Assembly: GCA_023401495.1 (NCBI GenBank)
Contig: JAEXDU010000007.1
Coordinates: 1 to 55,033, forward strand
Length of the DNA: 55,033 nt
DNA from: Bacillota bacterium
Lineage (GTDB): Bacteria > Bacillota > Clostridia > Oscillospirales > Acutalibacteraceae
Reading direction: 5' to 3'
Below the pieces are notes generated by a model, which searched no databases, was not told the DNA's origin, and saw only the letters and a program-made list of their open reading frames with translations. Position numbers and translations under genes: made by a program. This document shows positions 29,745 to 40,300 of this stretch, piece by piece; the stretch's first letter is position 1; every line of letters starts with the position of its first letter.

Positions 29745-30299
29745 TTACAAAGCCGGATTCTTTTGTTCATGCTCCATCCGCAGACAGTGAATTATCCGGA
29801 TGGCGGACGACAGGATACAGAACAGGATCGTCATTGCAAACAGACCGATTCGCACTTTGGGCACTGTACTGCTCAGCAATAACGTCAATATGGGCAATCC
29901 ATATAATAACGCCGCCGACAGTCTCCCGAAAGGGTCAAAAAAGAATGCGTTCTGCCTTTTGCCGATCTGTCTGCTCCAGTGGGATGTCACGAGAAATTCA
30001 GTAAATTTTATGATGATCACGATCGGCAGGATCATCGGCATTCTGCCTGTGAGCCAAAGCGACAGACAGGATACGATCATAAAAAACAAATCACAGGAAA
30101 CGTCTAACCACGCGCCAAGAGCTGAGGTCGCATGCAAGGTGCGGGCCAGCTTTCCATCCAGCCAATCCGTAAGGGACACCAGTAAAAAAACGATCAGGCA
30201 AGGCCACAGAGGCCGTTCTAATTTAATACAAAAGTACCCGAACAAAAAGGAAAGTGGGATTCTGGACAAAGTCATTGTCGTTACGAATGCTTTTTTCAT
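29745..30299 (-). CDS. CDP-alcohol phosphatidyltransferase family protein
   Basis: DWLDGKLAR...GAWLDVSCD motif. Confidence 0.88.
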   Translation of the reverse strand: MKKAFVTTMTLSRIPLSFLFGYFCIKLERPLWPCLIVFLLVSLTDWLDGKLARTLHATSALGAWLDVSCDLFFMIVSCLSLWLTGRMPMILPIVIIIKFTEFLVTSHWSRQIGKRQNAFFFDPFGRLSAALLYGLPILTLLLSSTVPKVRIGLFAMTILFCILSSAIRIIHCLRMEHEQKNPAL

Positions 30300-30345
30300 C
30301 TTAATTCAGATCACACCCCCAAACACAGGATTCTAAAGGAAGGAT

Positions 30346-30930
30346 TTACGGATTTGTTCTTTGCTGCTTCGTGATTCCCAGAGCTGCAAATTTGACAAGC
30401 CACTGAACCGTTTGAAGAGCCCCGGCGGAAGAGTGATCCTCTAAATTGGCATCCAGATAGACCAGCGCGTCAAATACGGCCAAAATCTCTTCATTGCTGA
30501 TATCTTCCCGCAATTTATGGTCACAACGCCATTGGTCGAGCAATGCTTCTAAGAACCCCCGAACAGAGGTCGCGTAGTTCTGCGGATTGTTTCGGTAATA
30601 GGCTTTTAGTTCTTTTTCAATATTTCCTGCGCACCATTCGCATAAAATCAGGTTATTCTTCATTGCTTCCATATTCAGTGAGATGAATTTTTGCGCGATC
30701 TCCGCAGGCCAGGCGGACAAATCCAAAGATTCTATGATGTGATCTTTGACCTTTTTATTTTCTTCCATGTAAATTTCTATGAACAGGTCTTCTTTGGACG
30801 GATAATAATGATAAAAAGACCCCACGCTGATCCCGGCCAAACGAGTAATGTCTGCTACATTCACAGACTTAAACCCGTTCTTTGAAAAAAGCTCATAAGC
30901 GGCTGAGAAAATATCTTCTTTTTTCCCCAA
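30346..30930 (-). CDS. TetR/AcrR-family regulator
   Basis: IFSAAYELFSKNGF...ITRLAGISVGSFYHYYPSKEDL; TTG start after GGAGGGAG. Confidence 0.92.
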   Translation of the reverse strand: MGKKEDIFSAAYELFSKNGFKSVNVADITRLAGISVGSFYHYYPSKEDLFIEIYMEENKKVKDHIIESLDLSAWPAEIAQKFISLNMEAMKNNLILCEWCAGNIEKELKAYYRNNPQNYATSVRGFLEALLDQWRCDHKLREDISNEEILAVFDALVYLDANLEDHSSAGALQTVQWLVKFAALGITKQQRTNP

Positions 30931-30944
30931 AATACTCCCTCCTC

Positions 30945-30983
30945 AGAATATGAATGAATAAATTTTTTATTCATTCATATTCT
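30945..30983. promoter_or_regulatory. Probable TetR operator palindrome
   Basis: agaatatgaatgaataaa-ttt-tttattcattcatattct just upstream of tetR. Confidence 0.75.
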
Positions 30984-31200
30984 ATCAGATGATTCCGTTT
31001 TCGTCAAGCTGTTTGATCGCTGTTGCTCTTCTTCCCCTCCCGATCCGTTCACAATTTTATCGCGCTGCTCTTTGATGCTCCCTGTGCAGGAAGCAGAAGG
31101 CAACTAACCGCAATTGAAACGAGAAAAGTGTCCATGAACCGCGGTTCATGGACACCCTTTTCATTTATAATAGTATATTCAACGATGTTTCAGCCCAACT

Positions 31201-31728
31201 TCACCGAAAGAAAATTCCTTTCACGTCCTGGTTCAGCACCGGAGAGGTCAAGCAGAGAACCAGTTCCTCTATGGCGGCGAGGGTAGCAAACACGCAAACC
31301 GCCGCCCCGGCCGAAAGCCCCCAAAGAGGAAACCCGTAGGGCAGGCAGAACAGCAGCAGCCCGGCTGCCTTATTGGCATACGTGTGCAGAAAAGCTACCT
31401 GCTTGTACCGGATAGATCCAGCCGCGAGGGTAGAGAACTTAACAAGCAGGATGCCGGCAACCCACCAAAAGAGCCAGACCGGCAGGTTCATCGCCGGAAT
31501 CAGCCGAAACATCAGCACCACGGCAAAAGTAAAGTCCGCCGCGCTGTCGAGCCGGGCGCCCGCCGGGCCGGCACAGCCGAGCCTTCGGGCAAGGTACCCG
31601 TCGAGCATATCGCTGATCCCGCAGATGGTGTACAGCACAAAGAACCATACGGAAAAAGGCCGCAGAAACAGCAGCGGAACGCACAGCACGATCCGCAGCA
31701 GAGTCAGCGCATTCGGCAGATACTTCAT
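31201..31728 (-). CDS. CDP-alcohol phosphatidyltransferase family protein (PgsA-like)
   Basis: LPNALTLLRI, DMLDGYLAR...GARLDSAAD. Confidence 0.9.
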   Translation of the reverse strand: MKYLPNALTLLRIVLCVPLLFLRPFSVWFFVLYTICGISDMLDGYLARRLGCAGPAGARLDSAADFTFAVVLMFRLIPAMNLPVWLFWWVAGILLVKFSTLAAGSIRYKQVAFLHTYANKAAGLLLFCLPYGFPLWGLSAGAAVCVFATLAAIEELVLCLTSPVLNQDVKGIFFR

Positions 31729-31734
31729 ATGGAA

Positions 31735-32223
31735 TTACCCCTCGGCAGACTGTTCCCTCCAGCCCTTACAGACATCGACCCAGCCCTGAGCGCGGGAGCA
31801 TTCCAGCAGTTCCTCACATGTGAGCTCAATGGCCGAATTCGAGGTTCCGCAGGCCGGGAACACCGTTTGAAAGCGGCGCAGGGATTCATCCAGATACACC
31901 TTCGCCCCGTCGGGATTATCAAACGGGCAGATTCCCCCCACGCGGTAGCCGGTCAGCTCTTCCGTCTCCTCCGGCACAAGCATTCTGGCTTTCATGCTAA
32001 AGTGACGCTTGAATGCGGAATTGTCGATCTTCCCATCGCCGGCGGCAACAATCAGAATGCAGCCGTTTTCATCCTTTAAAGAGATCGTCTTGGCGATTCT
32101 GGCGGGCTCTACCCCCAACGCCTCGGCGGCAAGCTCCACCGTCGCGCTGGATACATCGAACTCCTGCACCTGGCTATCCTTGTCAAACTGCTTTAAATAT
32201 TCCCGAACTCTTGCCGTACTCAT
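31735..32223 (-). CDS. YbaK/EbsC-family aminoacyl-tRNA editing protein
   Basis: SSATVELAA, IAKT, GGICPF motifs. Confidence 0.9.
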   Translation of the reverse strand: MSTARVREYLKQFDKDSQVQEFDVSSATVELAAEALGVEPARIAKTISLKDENGCILIVAAGDGKIDNSAFKRHFSMKARMLVPEETEELTGYRVGGICPFDNPDGAKVYLDESLRRFQTVFPACGTSNSAIELTCEELLECSRAQGWVDVCKGWREQSAEG

Positions 32224-32249
32224 ATCGGTAACGCCTCCGTTTCAGCGCC

Positions 32250-33848
32250 TTAGGCGCGCTGCGCTTTCATTTCCAGATATTCTTCATACGTTGTCATGCG
32301 GTCAAGCACGCCGCCCTCGGGCAGAATCTCGATGATGCGGTTCGCGACCGTCTGCACAAACTGATGGTCGTGAGAGGCAAACAGGATCACGCCCTTGAAC
32401 TCGATCATGCCGTTGTTCACCGCCGTGATGGACTCCAGATCGAGGTGGTTGGTGGGCTGGTCGAGCAGCAGGACGTTTGAGCCAAACATCATCATGCGCG
32501 AAAGCATGCAGCGCACCTTCTCACCACCGGAGAGCACATTCACCGGCTTTAACACATCCTCGCCGGAGAAGAGCATCTTGCCCAAGAAACCGCGCAGGTA
32601 GGTTTCGGTGGTATCCTTGGAATACTGCTCGAGCCACCTGAGAATGCTCAGGTCGCAGTCATTAAAATATTCCGAGTTGTCCTGGGGAAAATACGACTGT
32701 GTGGTGCTCACGCCCCATTTGAACGTTCCCTCGTCCGGCGTGAGCTCTTCCGTCAGGATTTTGAACAGGGTGGTAACGGCCAGTTTATTTTCCGCAAGGA
32801 ATGCGATCTTGTCGCCCTTGTTCACGCGGAACGAAACATTGTCGAGCACCTTGACGCCGTCTATCGTTTTGCTCAGGTTTTCCACCGTCAGGATTTCCTT
32901 GCCGGGCTCGCGGTCCATCGTAAAGCCCACATAGGGGTAACGGCGGGACGAAGCGGGCATTTCCTCCACAGTGATTTTATCCAGCAGCTTTTTACGCGAG
33001 GTAGCCTGCTTGGATTTTGATTTATTCGCGGAAAAGCGCTGAATAAACGCCTGCAGCTCTTTGATCTTGTCTTCGTTTTTGCGGTTCTGGTCGCGCATCA
33101 CGCGCTGAATCAACTGGCTGGATTCATACCAGAAATCGTAGTTGCCCACATACATGCGGATTTTGGTATAGTCGATGTCTACAATGTGGGTGCAGATATC
33201 ATTCAGGAAATGGCGGTCATGCGACACCACGATGACGGTGCCGATGTAATCCATCAGAAAATCCTCGAGCCAGTGGATGGAATCGACGTCCAGACCGTTC
33301 GTCGGCTCGTCCAGCAGAATAATATCGGGCTGGCCGAACAGTGCCTGCGCCAGCAGAATCTTTACCTTTTCCGTTTCGGAAAGCGCGCCCATCTGCGAAT
33401 GCAGCAGATCGACCGAAAGGCCCAACCCCTGCAGGAGCTTGCCCGCCTCGGTCTCGGCGTCCCAGCCGTTCATTTCGGCGAACTCCGCTTCCAGCTCCGC
33501 CGCCAGATTGCCGTCTTCCTCCGAAAAATCCTCTTTTGCGTACAGGGCGTCCTTCTGCTTTGAAACCTCGTACAGGCGCGGATTGCCCTGCAAAATCGTA
33601 TCAAACACCGTAAAGGCGTCAAACGCGTAGTGATCCTGCTTGAGCACCGACATGCGCAGCTTGGGGTCGATGATGACATCGCCCTTGGTCGGTTCCAGCT
33701 CGCCGGACAGGATTTTCAAAAAGGTTGATTTTCCAGCGCCGTTCGCGCCGATCACGCCGTAGCAGTTGCCCGGGGTGAAGAGCAGGTTAACGCCTGAAAA
33801 TAAATTCTGCCCGTTAAAGCCCAATCCCAATTCGGATACTGTTATCAT
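32250..33848 (-). CDS. ABC-F family ribosome-associated ATPase (YbiT/YkpA-like)
   Basis: Two ABC domains (GANGAGKST, LLDEPTN; LSGGE, LLDQPTNHLD), no transmembrane segments. Confidence 0.93.
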   Translation of the reverse strand: MITVSELGLGFNGQNLFSGVNLLFTPGNCYGVIGANGAGKSTFLKILSGELEPTKGDVIIDPKLRMSVLKQDHYAFDAFTVFDTILQGNPRLYEVSKQKDALYAKEDFSEEDGNLAAELEAEFAEMNGWDAETEAGKLLQGLGLSVDLLHSQMGALSETEKVKILLAQALFGQPDIILLDEPTNGLDVDSIHWLEDFLMDYIGTVIVVSHDRHFLNDICTHIVDIDYTKIRMYVGNYDFWYESSQLIQRVMRDQNRKNEDKIKELQAFIQRFSANKSKSKQATSRKKLLDKITVEEMPASSRRYPYVGFTMDREPGKEILTVENLSKTIDGVKVLDNVSFRVNKGDKIAFLAENKLAVTTLFKILTEELTPDEGTFKWGVSTTQSYFPQDNSEYFNDCDLSILRWLEQYSKDTTETYLRGFLGKMLFSGEDVLKPVNVLSGGEKVRCMLSRMMMFGSNVLLLDQPTNHLDLESITAVNNGMIEFKGVILFASHDHQFVQTVANRIIEILPEGGVLDRMTTYEEYLEMKAQRA

Positions 33849-34142
33849 GTGCTGTTTCCTCCGTTGCTTCTAAGGGGCGGAATCCCCCGCCCGTTCTATA
33901 CAAATACCGTTTTATTCTACCACAAATGAACTTAAATTCAAAATTTTATTTCGATCTTCGTTACAGCCGCCGAAGCAACATCGCTTTTCTGCCCCGGGCT
34001 TGTGCAAAACAGCAGACTTTTGCATCGCTTTGTCAATGACAGGCCGCATCACTTCATCGATTCATGAATCAGTTTCTCCTGAGAATGTCTGTACTTTTCT
34101 TCAGTACCCAAACCGGACAATTTGAAACGGAGGATTACTTTT

Positions 34143-34571
34143 TCAATTCTTTTTGTTCGAGGAGGATTCCTCATACCTGCTTAAAATATTTTTTAAAGCA
34201 AAAGCGGTTTCATCGCTGATGAGATGCTCCATTTTACACGCATCTTCGCTTGCTGTTTGCTCATTCACATGGCAACAGTCGATCAACAATTGTTTGATCA
34301 GATGAAACTTTGCCGTAATGAATTGTCCTTGCTTTTGTCCTTTATCAGTGAGGCAGATTTCACCGTGCAAAGGCTTCACAACGAATCCCTCTTCCTGCAA
34401 TGCAGTCACGGCACTATTCACACTGGGCTTTGAAACGCCTAAATAAACAGCAAGATCAATGGAACGGACTAACCTCGTCTTTTCCGATAACTGATAGATC
34501 GCTTTTAAATATTCCTCCTTGGAAGGGCTTATTTTTTTCCCCGGATGAGAACATGTATTTTTACTCATCAC
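34143..34571 (-). CDS. DtxR/MntR-family metal-dependent regulator
   Basis: EEYLKAIY, VRSIDLA..LGVSKPSV, DACKMEH. Confidence 0.92.
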   Translation of the reverse strand: MMSKNTCSHPGKKISPSKEEYLKAIYQLSEKTRLVRSIDLAVYLGVSKPSVNSAVTALQEEGFVVKPLHGEICLTDKGQKQGQFITAKFHLIKQLLIDCCHVNEQTASEDACKMEHLISDETAFALKNILSRYEESSSNKKN

Positions 34572-34631
34572 CGATCCTCCTTATATGAATCAAAGACAAA
34601 ACGCGTATAGGTGCTATACGCTTAGATAGAT

Positions 34632-34829
34632 TCATTCGTTTTTCTTTTGAAAGTGTTTATCAGCTTCTTCCCTTTCCTGTCTATGATCAAAAGAACGGGC
34701 TTGCGGAAGCATTGGACAACCATACAGGTAAAGCGGAAAAGAAATGCATGAGATGAAAGAATTGCAAACGGCGCACAATTTCTTTTCCTCCGCTTCAATC
34801 TCTTTCTCCCTGTGCTCCTGCTCACTCAT
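34632..34829 (-). CDS. Possible small Cys-containing protein (CxxC...C...C)
   Basis: Only ORF between regulator-bound sites; weak RBS. Confidence 0.25.
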   Translation of the reverse strand: MSEQEHREKEIEAEEKKLCAVCNSFISCISFPLYLYGCPMLPQARSFDHRQEREEADKHFQKKNE

Positions 34830-34878
34830 TTTTCTAGTACCAGAAGCCACAAATGACTTTGATGATTTTTTCTTTTTG

Positions 34879-34933
34879 ATGTTAGCACCTTCTAACATAA
34901 TGATAACAAAAAATGTGTATAGCAGCTATACAC
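34879..34933. promoter_or_regulatory. DtxR-type box plus MarR-type operator
   Basis: atgttag-cacctt-ctaacat (34879-34898) and gtgtatag-cag-ctatacac (34915-34933). Confidence 0.65.
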
Positions 34934-34946
34934 TTTTGCAAATTTT

Positions 34947-35420
34947 TTATTCATCAAAATTTTCATTAAAAAATTTCACCCTGTTTATCAGGGATGATAA
35001 AAAGTTTATTAAAAATGCCAATTCATCTTCGGAAGCATTTTTCAGCTCATCTTCTACCATACTATTTAAAACAGCATGGTAATGCATATGGTTGTTGTGC
35101 GCCCTTTTCCCCTTTTCGGTCAGGTTCAATGAATATCTGGATAAATTAAGATCATCGACTTCCTTGATTACCAGAGCCTTTCTCTCCAGTTTTTTAAGGA
35201 TTTCAGAAACAGCGCCTTTTGTTACTCCCAGTATATCTGCCAAACCGCCCACATGAATACCAGGATGCTCGGCGATAGCCATTATGACATGTATTTCAGA
35301 GTGAAAAATCGGCACATCTGTCCCGTAATAACGGGTCTTTTTATCCAGGTCAACCAAGGCAAGCGCTAAATGAAGAGATTTGTATGCAATTTGATGTTTG
35401 TCATTTATCATTTTGTCCAT
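34947..35420 (-). CDS. MarR-family regulator, probably leaderless
   Basis: SEIHVIMAI...LADILGVTKGAVSEILKKLERKALV...LTEKG; no RBS; promoter places +1 at the ATG at 35420. Confidence 0.9.
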   Translation of the reverse strand: MDKMINDKHQIAYKSLHLALALVDLDKKTRYYGTDVPIFHSEIHVIMAIAEHPGIHVGGLADILGVTKGAVSEILKKLERKALVIKEVDDLNLSRYSLNLTEKGKRAHNNHMHYHAVLNSMVEDELKNASEDELAFLINFLSSLINRVKFFNENFDE

Positions 35421-35426
35421 GTCCAT

Positions 35427-35455
35427 AGTATATGGTTGCTATACACTTTTGTCAA
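35427..35455 (-). promoter_or_regulatory. marR promoter overlapped by its operator
   Basis: TTGACA-17-TATACT; imperfect operator gtatatgg-ttg-ctatacac (35428-35446). Confidence 0.8.
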
Positions 35456-35725
35456 GCCCCGCAATGATATCTGTGAGAATACGAAATTGCAGGATTCTCG
35501 CAGGGGCAGGACCGTGAAATCACAAAGAAATTCACAGGGAGCAAGGCAATGAATCGGTGTACCGAAAAATTGTTGAAAGGATTTTGGTTTGCAACCAGAG
35601 AAGTGCCAATTCCTATTTTTTTCTGAATTGTCCAATTGCATTCTATTTCTGCGATCTTGTGCAAAACAGCGGACTTTTGCCCCTTGAAAAAAAGTTCTAA
35701 GCATGATATATTGAATATAAATAAC

Positions 35726-35970
35726 GCGAAGAAAAAGGAAAGTACCCGTTTTTCCCCGGACAGAGAGAGCGTGCCATGGGCTGGAAGCATGCTTGCGGAC
35801 GGATTTCGGAGAAGTTCCCTTTGGAGCGGCGCTGCTGAACCTGATGTAAGTAGGCGGCGACGGAAGGCACCGTTACAGGCCGCAAAAGTGTTTGAGGATT
35901 CAAAAATCAGGGTGGTACCGCGGAGGAGTTTTGCCTTCGTCCCTTTTTCATAGGGGGCGAAGGCTTTTTT
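35726..35970 (+). ncRNA. T-box riboswitch (Phe specifier)
   Basis: AGAGA and GCTGGAA motifs, specifier TTC at 35815-35817, AGGGTGGTACCGCG (35909-35922), terminator 35933-35970; promoter TTGAAA-17-TATATT at 35684-35712. Confidence 0.95.
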
Positions 35971-36116
35971 ATTTCCGCGTATTTGTTCTTAAGCGAAACG
36001 CGCACGACAAAGTACTGAAAGGCCACCGATTTCTTTCTCCTTTTGCGGAAAAGGAATCGAAGCACTTATTTCGTAATGCGGCATTCCCACAAAACACACC
36101 GAAAGGAAGAATATTC

Positions 36117-37136
36117 ATGAAGCAGCAGCTGGAAGCCATCCGCGACAGTGCGGTAAAAGAGCTGGCCCAGGCAAAGGGACAGCAGGTTCTGGAAACGCTT
36201 CGGGTCAAATACCTGGGCAAAAAGGGCGAGCTGACCTCTATTTTAAAGCAGATGGGCGGCCTTTCCGCCGAAGAGCGCCCGGTGATTGGCCAATTGGCCA
36301 ACCAGGTTCGCTCCCTGATTGAAGAAGAGCTGACGAAACGCGCCTCTGAGCTCAAGGATCAGGTTGTACAGGCTCGTCTGGAGCAGGAAAAACTGGACGT
36401 GACCCTGCCCGGCAAGCACCACGAGCTGGGCGCAAAACACCCGCTCTCGATCGTGCTGGATGAGATCAAGGAAATTTTCGTCGGCATGGGCTTTGAAATT
36501 GTGGACGGCCCCGAGGTAGAGTACGACTACTACAACTTTGAGGCGCTGAATATCCCCAAAAATCACCCCGCACGCGACACGCAGGATACCTTCTATATCA
36601 ACGACAATATCGTTCTGCGCACGCAGACCTCCCCCGTGCAGGTGCGCGTGATGGAGAAAACGCAGCCGCCGATCCGCATCATTTCGCCCGGCCGCGTGTA
36701 CCGCTCCGACGCGGTGGACGCCACCCATTCCCCGCTGTTCCACCAGATCGAGGGCCTTGTGGTGGATAAGGGCATCACCTTCGCAAACCTGAAGGATACG
36801 CTCGAAACCTTTGTCAAGCGCCTGTACGGCGAAGATTCCGTCGTGCGTTTCCGCCCGCACCACTTCCCGTTTACAGAACCGTCCGCCGAGGTGGATGTGC
36901 AGTGCTTTAACTGCCACGGCGAGGGCTGCCGCCTGTGTAAGGGCGAAGGCTGGATCGAGATTCTGGGCTGCGGCATGGTACACCCGAAGGTGCTCTCGAA
37001 CTGCGGCATCGACCCCGAGGTATACAGCGGCTTTGCGCTCGGCATGGGCCTGGAGCGCGTCGTCATGCGCCGCTACAACATTGACGATCTGCGTCTGTTC
37101 TATGAGAACGACATCCGATTCTTAAAGCAGTTTTAG
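36117..37136 (+). CDS. pheS: Phenylalanyl-tRNA synthetase alpha subunit
   Basis: [36 protein letters not shown]; start MKQQL after AAAGGA. Confidence 0.98.
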   Translation: MKQQLEAIRDSAVKELAQAKGQQVLETLRVKYLGKKGELTSILKQMGGLSAEERPVIGQLANQVRSLIEEELTKRASELKDQVVQARLEQEKLDVTLPGKHHELGAKHPLSIVLDEIKEIFVGMGFEIVDGPEVEYDYYNFEALNIPKNHPARDTQDTFYINDNIVLRTQTSPVQVRVMEKTQPPIRIISPGRVYRSDAVDATHSPLFHQIEGLVVDKGITFANLKDTLETFVKRLYGEDSVVRFRPHHFPFTEPSAEVDVQCFNCHGEGCRLCKGEGWIEILGCGMVHPKVLSNCGIDPEVYSGFALGMGLERVVMRRYNIDDLRLFYENDIRFLKQF

Positions 37137-37150
37137 GAGGTGAGCACAGA

Positions 37151-39529
37151 ATGAATCTTTCGATGAAATGGTTAAAGGAATTTGTTGCGCTGGACCCGAT
37201 GCCGATGCGTGATTTCACGGAGGCTGTTACGATTTCCGGCTCTAAAGTAGAAGAATACCACACAGAGGGAACCGACATTGACAAGGTCGTCGTCGGCCGC
37301 GTGCTGTCGATTACGCCGCACCCCGATTCGGATCACCTGCTGATCTGCTCGGTTGATGTCGGTGAAACCGAGCCGGTTCAGATCGTGACCGGCGCGCAGA
37401 ACCTGAAGGAAAACGATCTGGTTCCCGCGGCGCTGCACGGCTCTACCCTGCCGAACGGCGTGAAAATCAAAAAAGGCAAGCTGCGCGGCGTAGAGAGCTT
37501 TGGCATGATGTGCTCCCTGAGCGAGCTGGGCCTGACGCTGAACGACTTCCCCTATGCGATTGAAAACGGCATTTTCGTATTGCAGGAGGACTGCAAGCCC
37601 GGCGACCCGATTCAGCAGGCGATCGGCCTTGACGACACGCAGGTGGAATTTGAGATCACCTCGAACCGCCCCGACTGCTTTTCTGTGATCGGTCTGGCAC
37701 GCGAGGTTGCCGCCACTTTCCAGAAACCGCTGACCCTGCACACCCCGGCGGTAAAGGGAGGCCACGGCAGCGGCAAGGAGCTTTTGGACGTCGCGATCGA
37801 AGCGCCTGACCTTTGCTCTGCCTACTGCGCGCGCATTGTAAAAAATGTGCGGGTGAAGCCCTCTCCCCGCTGGATGCGCGAGCGCCTGCGCGTGATGGGC
37901 GTGCGCCCCATCAACAACATTGTAGACATTACCAACTATGTCATGCTCGAATACGGCCAGCCCATGCACGCCTTTGACCTGCGCTTTGTGGAGCAGGGAA
38001 ACATCCGCGTACGCCGCGCGAAAACCGGAGAAAGCATCACGACGCTGGACGGCGTGGAGCGCAAGCTGAATGAAAGCAATCTGGTGATTGCCGACGCAGC
38101 CAAGCCGGTCGCTGTGGCCGGCGTGATGGGCGGCGAATACAGCGGCATCATGGACGACACCACGACGATCGTGTTTGAATCCGCATGTTTCGACGCTGTT
38201 TCCGTTCGTCTGACCGCAAAGGCGCTCGGCATGCGCACCGACGCTTCCTCCCGCTTTGAAAAAGGGCTTGACCCCAACAACTGCCTGCCCGCGCTGGAAC
38301 GCGCCTGCGAGCTCGTTGAGCTGCTCGACGCCGGCGACGTGCTGAACGACGTGATGATGGACGGCACAATCGAGGTTCAGCCGCGCCGCATTCCTCTTGA
38401 GGCGGACTGGATCAACCGCTTCCTCGGGTGTGAGCTTTCTGCCGCGCAGATGGAGGAAATCCTTGGCCGCATCGGCTGCCGCCTGGACGGCGACACCGTC
38501 GTCGTGCCGACGTTCCGCCCCGACCTGCAGCATAAAGCGGATATCGCCGAGGAAATCGCCCGTTTTTATGGGTATAATAACATTCCGGGCCAGAGCCTTC
38601 CCGGCGGGGCGCAGGGCAAATTCAGCGCCCGCCAGCGGTTTGACTCCGCAGTCAGCAGCGCCATGCTGGCGTTGGGCCTGAGCGAGATCACCACGTATTC
38701 TTTCATCAGCCCCAAGTATTACGATAAAATCCGCATGCCCGCGGATTCCCCCCTGCGCCGCTCTGTTGTGATCTCGAACCCGCTGGGCGAGGACACGAGC
38801 ATCATGCGCACGGTGGCGCTGCCCTCCATGATAGAGATTCTGGCGAAAAACTACAACAACCGCAACGCGGCCGCCGCCCTGTTTGAACCCGCCAGAGAAT
38901 ATCTGCCCACCGAGCCCGACAAGCTGCCCATAGAGCGCAAGGTGCTTATCGCAGGCCTGTATGGAAACGACGCGGACTTCTTCACCCTGAAGGGCATCGT
39001 CGAAGACCTGCTGGATCGCGTCGGCGTTACCGGGTGGGATATTGCCGCTGCTTCAGATGAGTTCAGCTATCATCCCGGCCGCTGCGCGGTGCTCACAATC
39101 GATGGCGAACGCCTTGGCGTTCTGGGCGAGATTCACCCCCAGGTGCAGGAGAATTACGGCATTGGCGAGCGCGTTTACAGCTTTACGCTCGATCTTGACC
39201 TGATGTTCCGCTGTGCGCAGACCGAAAAGCACTATACGCCCCTGCCGAAATTCCCGGCGGTCACCCGTGACCTGGCGCTGATCTGCAGCGACGAAATTCC
39301 GGTGCGCGACCTGCAGAAAGCCATTGTGCGCGGCGCGGGCAAGCTGCTGGAAAGCGTCCGCCTGTTCGATGTGTACAAGGGCGAACAGATCGAGGCCGGC
39401 AAAAAGAGCGTGGCGTTCAGCCTGGTTCTTCGTTCCGGCGAAGGCACGCTCAACGAAGAGGCCACCAGCGCTGTGATGAAAAAGGTATTCCAGGAGTTGG
39501 AGAAGATCGGCGCGCTGCTGCGCTCCTGA
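37151..39529 (+). CDS. pheT: Phenylalanyl-tRNA synthetase beta subunit
   Basis: [27 protein letters not shown]-terminal RDLA..FDVYKG. Confidence 0.98.
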   Translation: MNLSMKWLKEFVALDPMPMRDFTEAVTISGSKVEEYHTEGTDIDKVVVGRVLSITPHPDSDHLLICSVDVGETEPVQIVTGAQNLKENDLVPAALHGSTLPNGVKIKKGKLRGVESFGMMCSLSELGLTLNDFPYAIENGIFVLQEDCKPGDPIQQAIGLDDTQVEFEITSNRPDCFSVIGLAREVAATFQKPLTLHTPAVKGGHGSGKELLDVAIEAPDLCSAYCARIVKNVRVKPSPRWMRERLRVMGVRPINNIVDITNYVMLEYGQPMHAFDLRFVEQGNIRVRRAKTGESITTLDGVERKLNESNLVIADAAKPVAVAGVMGGEYSGIMDDTTTIVFESACFDAVSVRLTAKALGMRTDASSRFEKGLDPNNCLPALERACELVELLDAGDVLNDVMMDGTIEVQPRRIPLEADWINRFLGCELSAAQMEEILGRIGCRLDGDTVVVPTFRPDLQHKADIAEEIARFYGYNNIPGQSLPGGAQGKFSARQRFDSAVSSAMLALGLSEITTYSFISPKYYDKIRMPADSPLRRSVVISNPLGEDTSIMRTVALPSMIEILAKNYNNRNAAAALFEPAREYLPTEPDKLPIERKVLIAGLYGNDADFFTLKGIVEDLLDRVGVTGWDIAAASDEFSYHPGRCAVLTIDGERLGVLGEIHPQVQENYGIGERVYSFTLDLDLMFRCAQTEKHYTPLPKFPAVTRDLALICSDEIPVRDLQKAIVRGAGKLLESVRLFDVYKGEQIEAGKKSVAFSLVLRSGEGTLNEEATSAVMKKVFQELEKIGALLRS

Positions 39530-39626
39530 TTTTCAGGACAAATCAAATCTGTTTCGATTTTTGTCACGAAATCCCCTTGTTTTCCACCGTGAAATATTGT
39601 ATGATTATCATACTGGAGGTGTATCC

Positions 39627-39872
39627 ATGTTCGATAAAACGATGACTTTTTCCTTTCCCGGCGACCGTGAGGAGGATATTAAAATTATCCTGACCACTGT
39701 CTATGATGCTTTGAAAGAAAAAGGATATAACCCGATCAATCAGATTGTAGGGTACATCCTCTCCGAGGATCCTACGTATATCACGGCGCATAACAACGCC
39801 CGCAGCCTGATTCGCCGCATTGACCGCGACGAGTTATTGCAGGTGCTGCTGAAATCCTATTTAGGGGAATAA
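39627..39872 (+). CDS. ireB: IreB/ReoM-family (DUF965) regulatory phosphoprotein
   Basis: [45 protein letters not shown]. Confidence 0.93.
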   Translation: MFDKTMTFSFPGDREEDIKIILTTVYDALKEKGYNPINQIVGYILSEDPTYITAHNNARSLIRRIDRDELLQVLLKSYLGE

Positions 39873-39885
39873 ATATCAATATGTA

Positions 39886-39923
39886 AAAAACCGGTGAACC
39901 AAAATATGGTTCACCGGTTTTTT
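39886..39923. terminator. Bidirectional terminator
   Basis: aaaaaccggtgaacca...tggttcaccggtttttt. Confidence 0.85.
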
Positions 39924-40081
39924 TAGATCGATAAATGCCTGTTATCCGTTTGCTCCGGCTCTCTCAGGCCGAAAACGGCTCTTGCGCTTTCTGCACTGGG
40001 ATCATGCTTCACATTTTTGGAACGGAATTTTCCATCTTGTTTTTTTCCGTTCTTTGTACTTTTCTTTTTATTATCAGCCAT
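39923..40081 (-). CDS. Small basic protein (52 aa), CPC_1213-like; absent from the ORF track
   Basis: MADNKKKSTKNGKKQDGKFRSKNVKHDPSAESARAVFGLREPEQTDNRHLSI; AGGAG RBS; KHDPxAESARA motif recalled for this family. Confidence 0.7.
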   Translation of the reverse strand: MADNKKKSTKNGKKQDGKFRSKNVKHDPSAESARAVFGLREPEQTDNRHLSI

Positions 40082-40090
40082 AATAATCTC

Positions 40091-40300
40091 CTATTCGTAT
40101 TCAATCCGGAAGCCCGTATTTTCAATGCAGTTTTTCAGCTCCATTTCCGTTGCGGGTTCATTGTATTTGACTTGTATGCTGCCTGTCACGAGGTTGACAC
40201 CAACCTGATTGACCCCTTTGATCTTGTTCAGCGCGTTTTTGATCTGGGTTTTGCCTTCCTTATTCTGAAGACCTGACACGCTGCAAAGCATGGTGTTCAT
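40091..40300 (-). CDS. HMA-fold (CopZ-like) protein lacking the CxxC motif
   Basis: VSGLQNKEGKTQIKNALNKIKGV..V.VNL..GSIQVKY...IENTGF. Confidence 0.75.
   Translation of the reverse strand: MNTMLCSVSGLQNKEGKTQIKNALNKIKGVNQVGVNLVTGSIQVKYNEPATEMELKNCIENTGFRIEYE

Noticed and set aside
35892..36116. 75-aa N-terminal extension of PheS in the ORF track
   Set aside because: Overlaps the T-box antiterminator/terminator; the RBS-supported start is 36117.
36895..36945. CxxC..CxxC insert in PheS
   Set aside because: A common feature of Firmicute PheS, not novel.
37172..38533. 453-aa minus-strand ORF (likewise 40847-42166, 43868-45046, 51337-52365, 52909-54198)
   Set aside because: Antisense to well-supported genes; no independent RBS or motif evidence.
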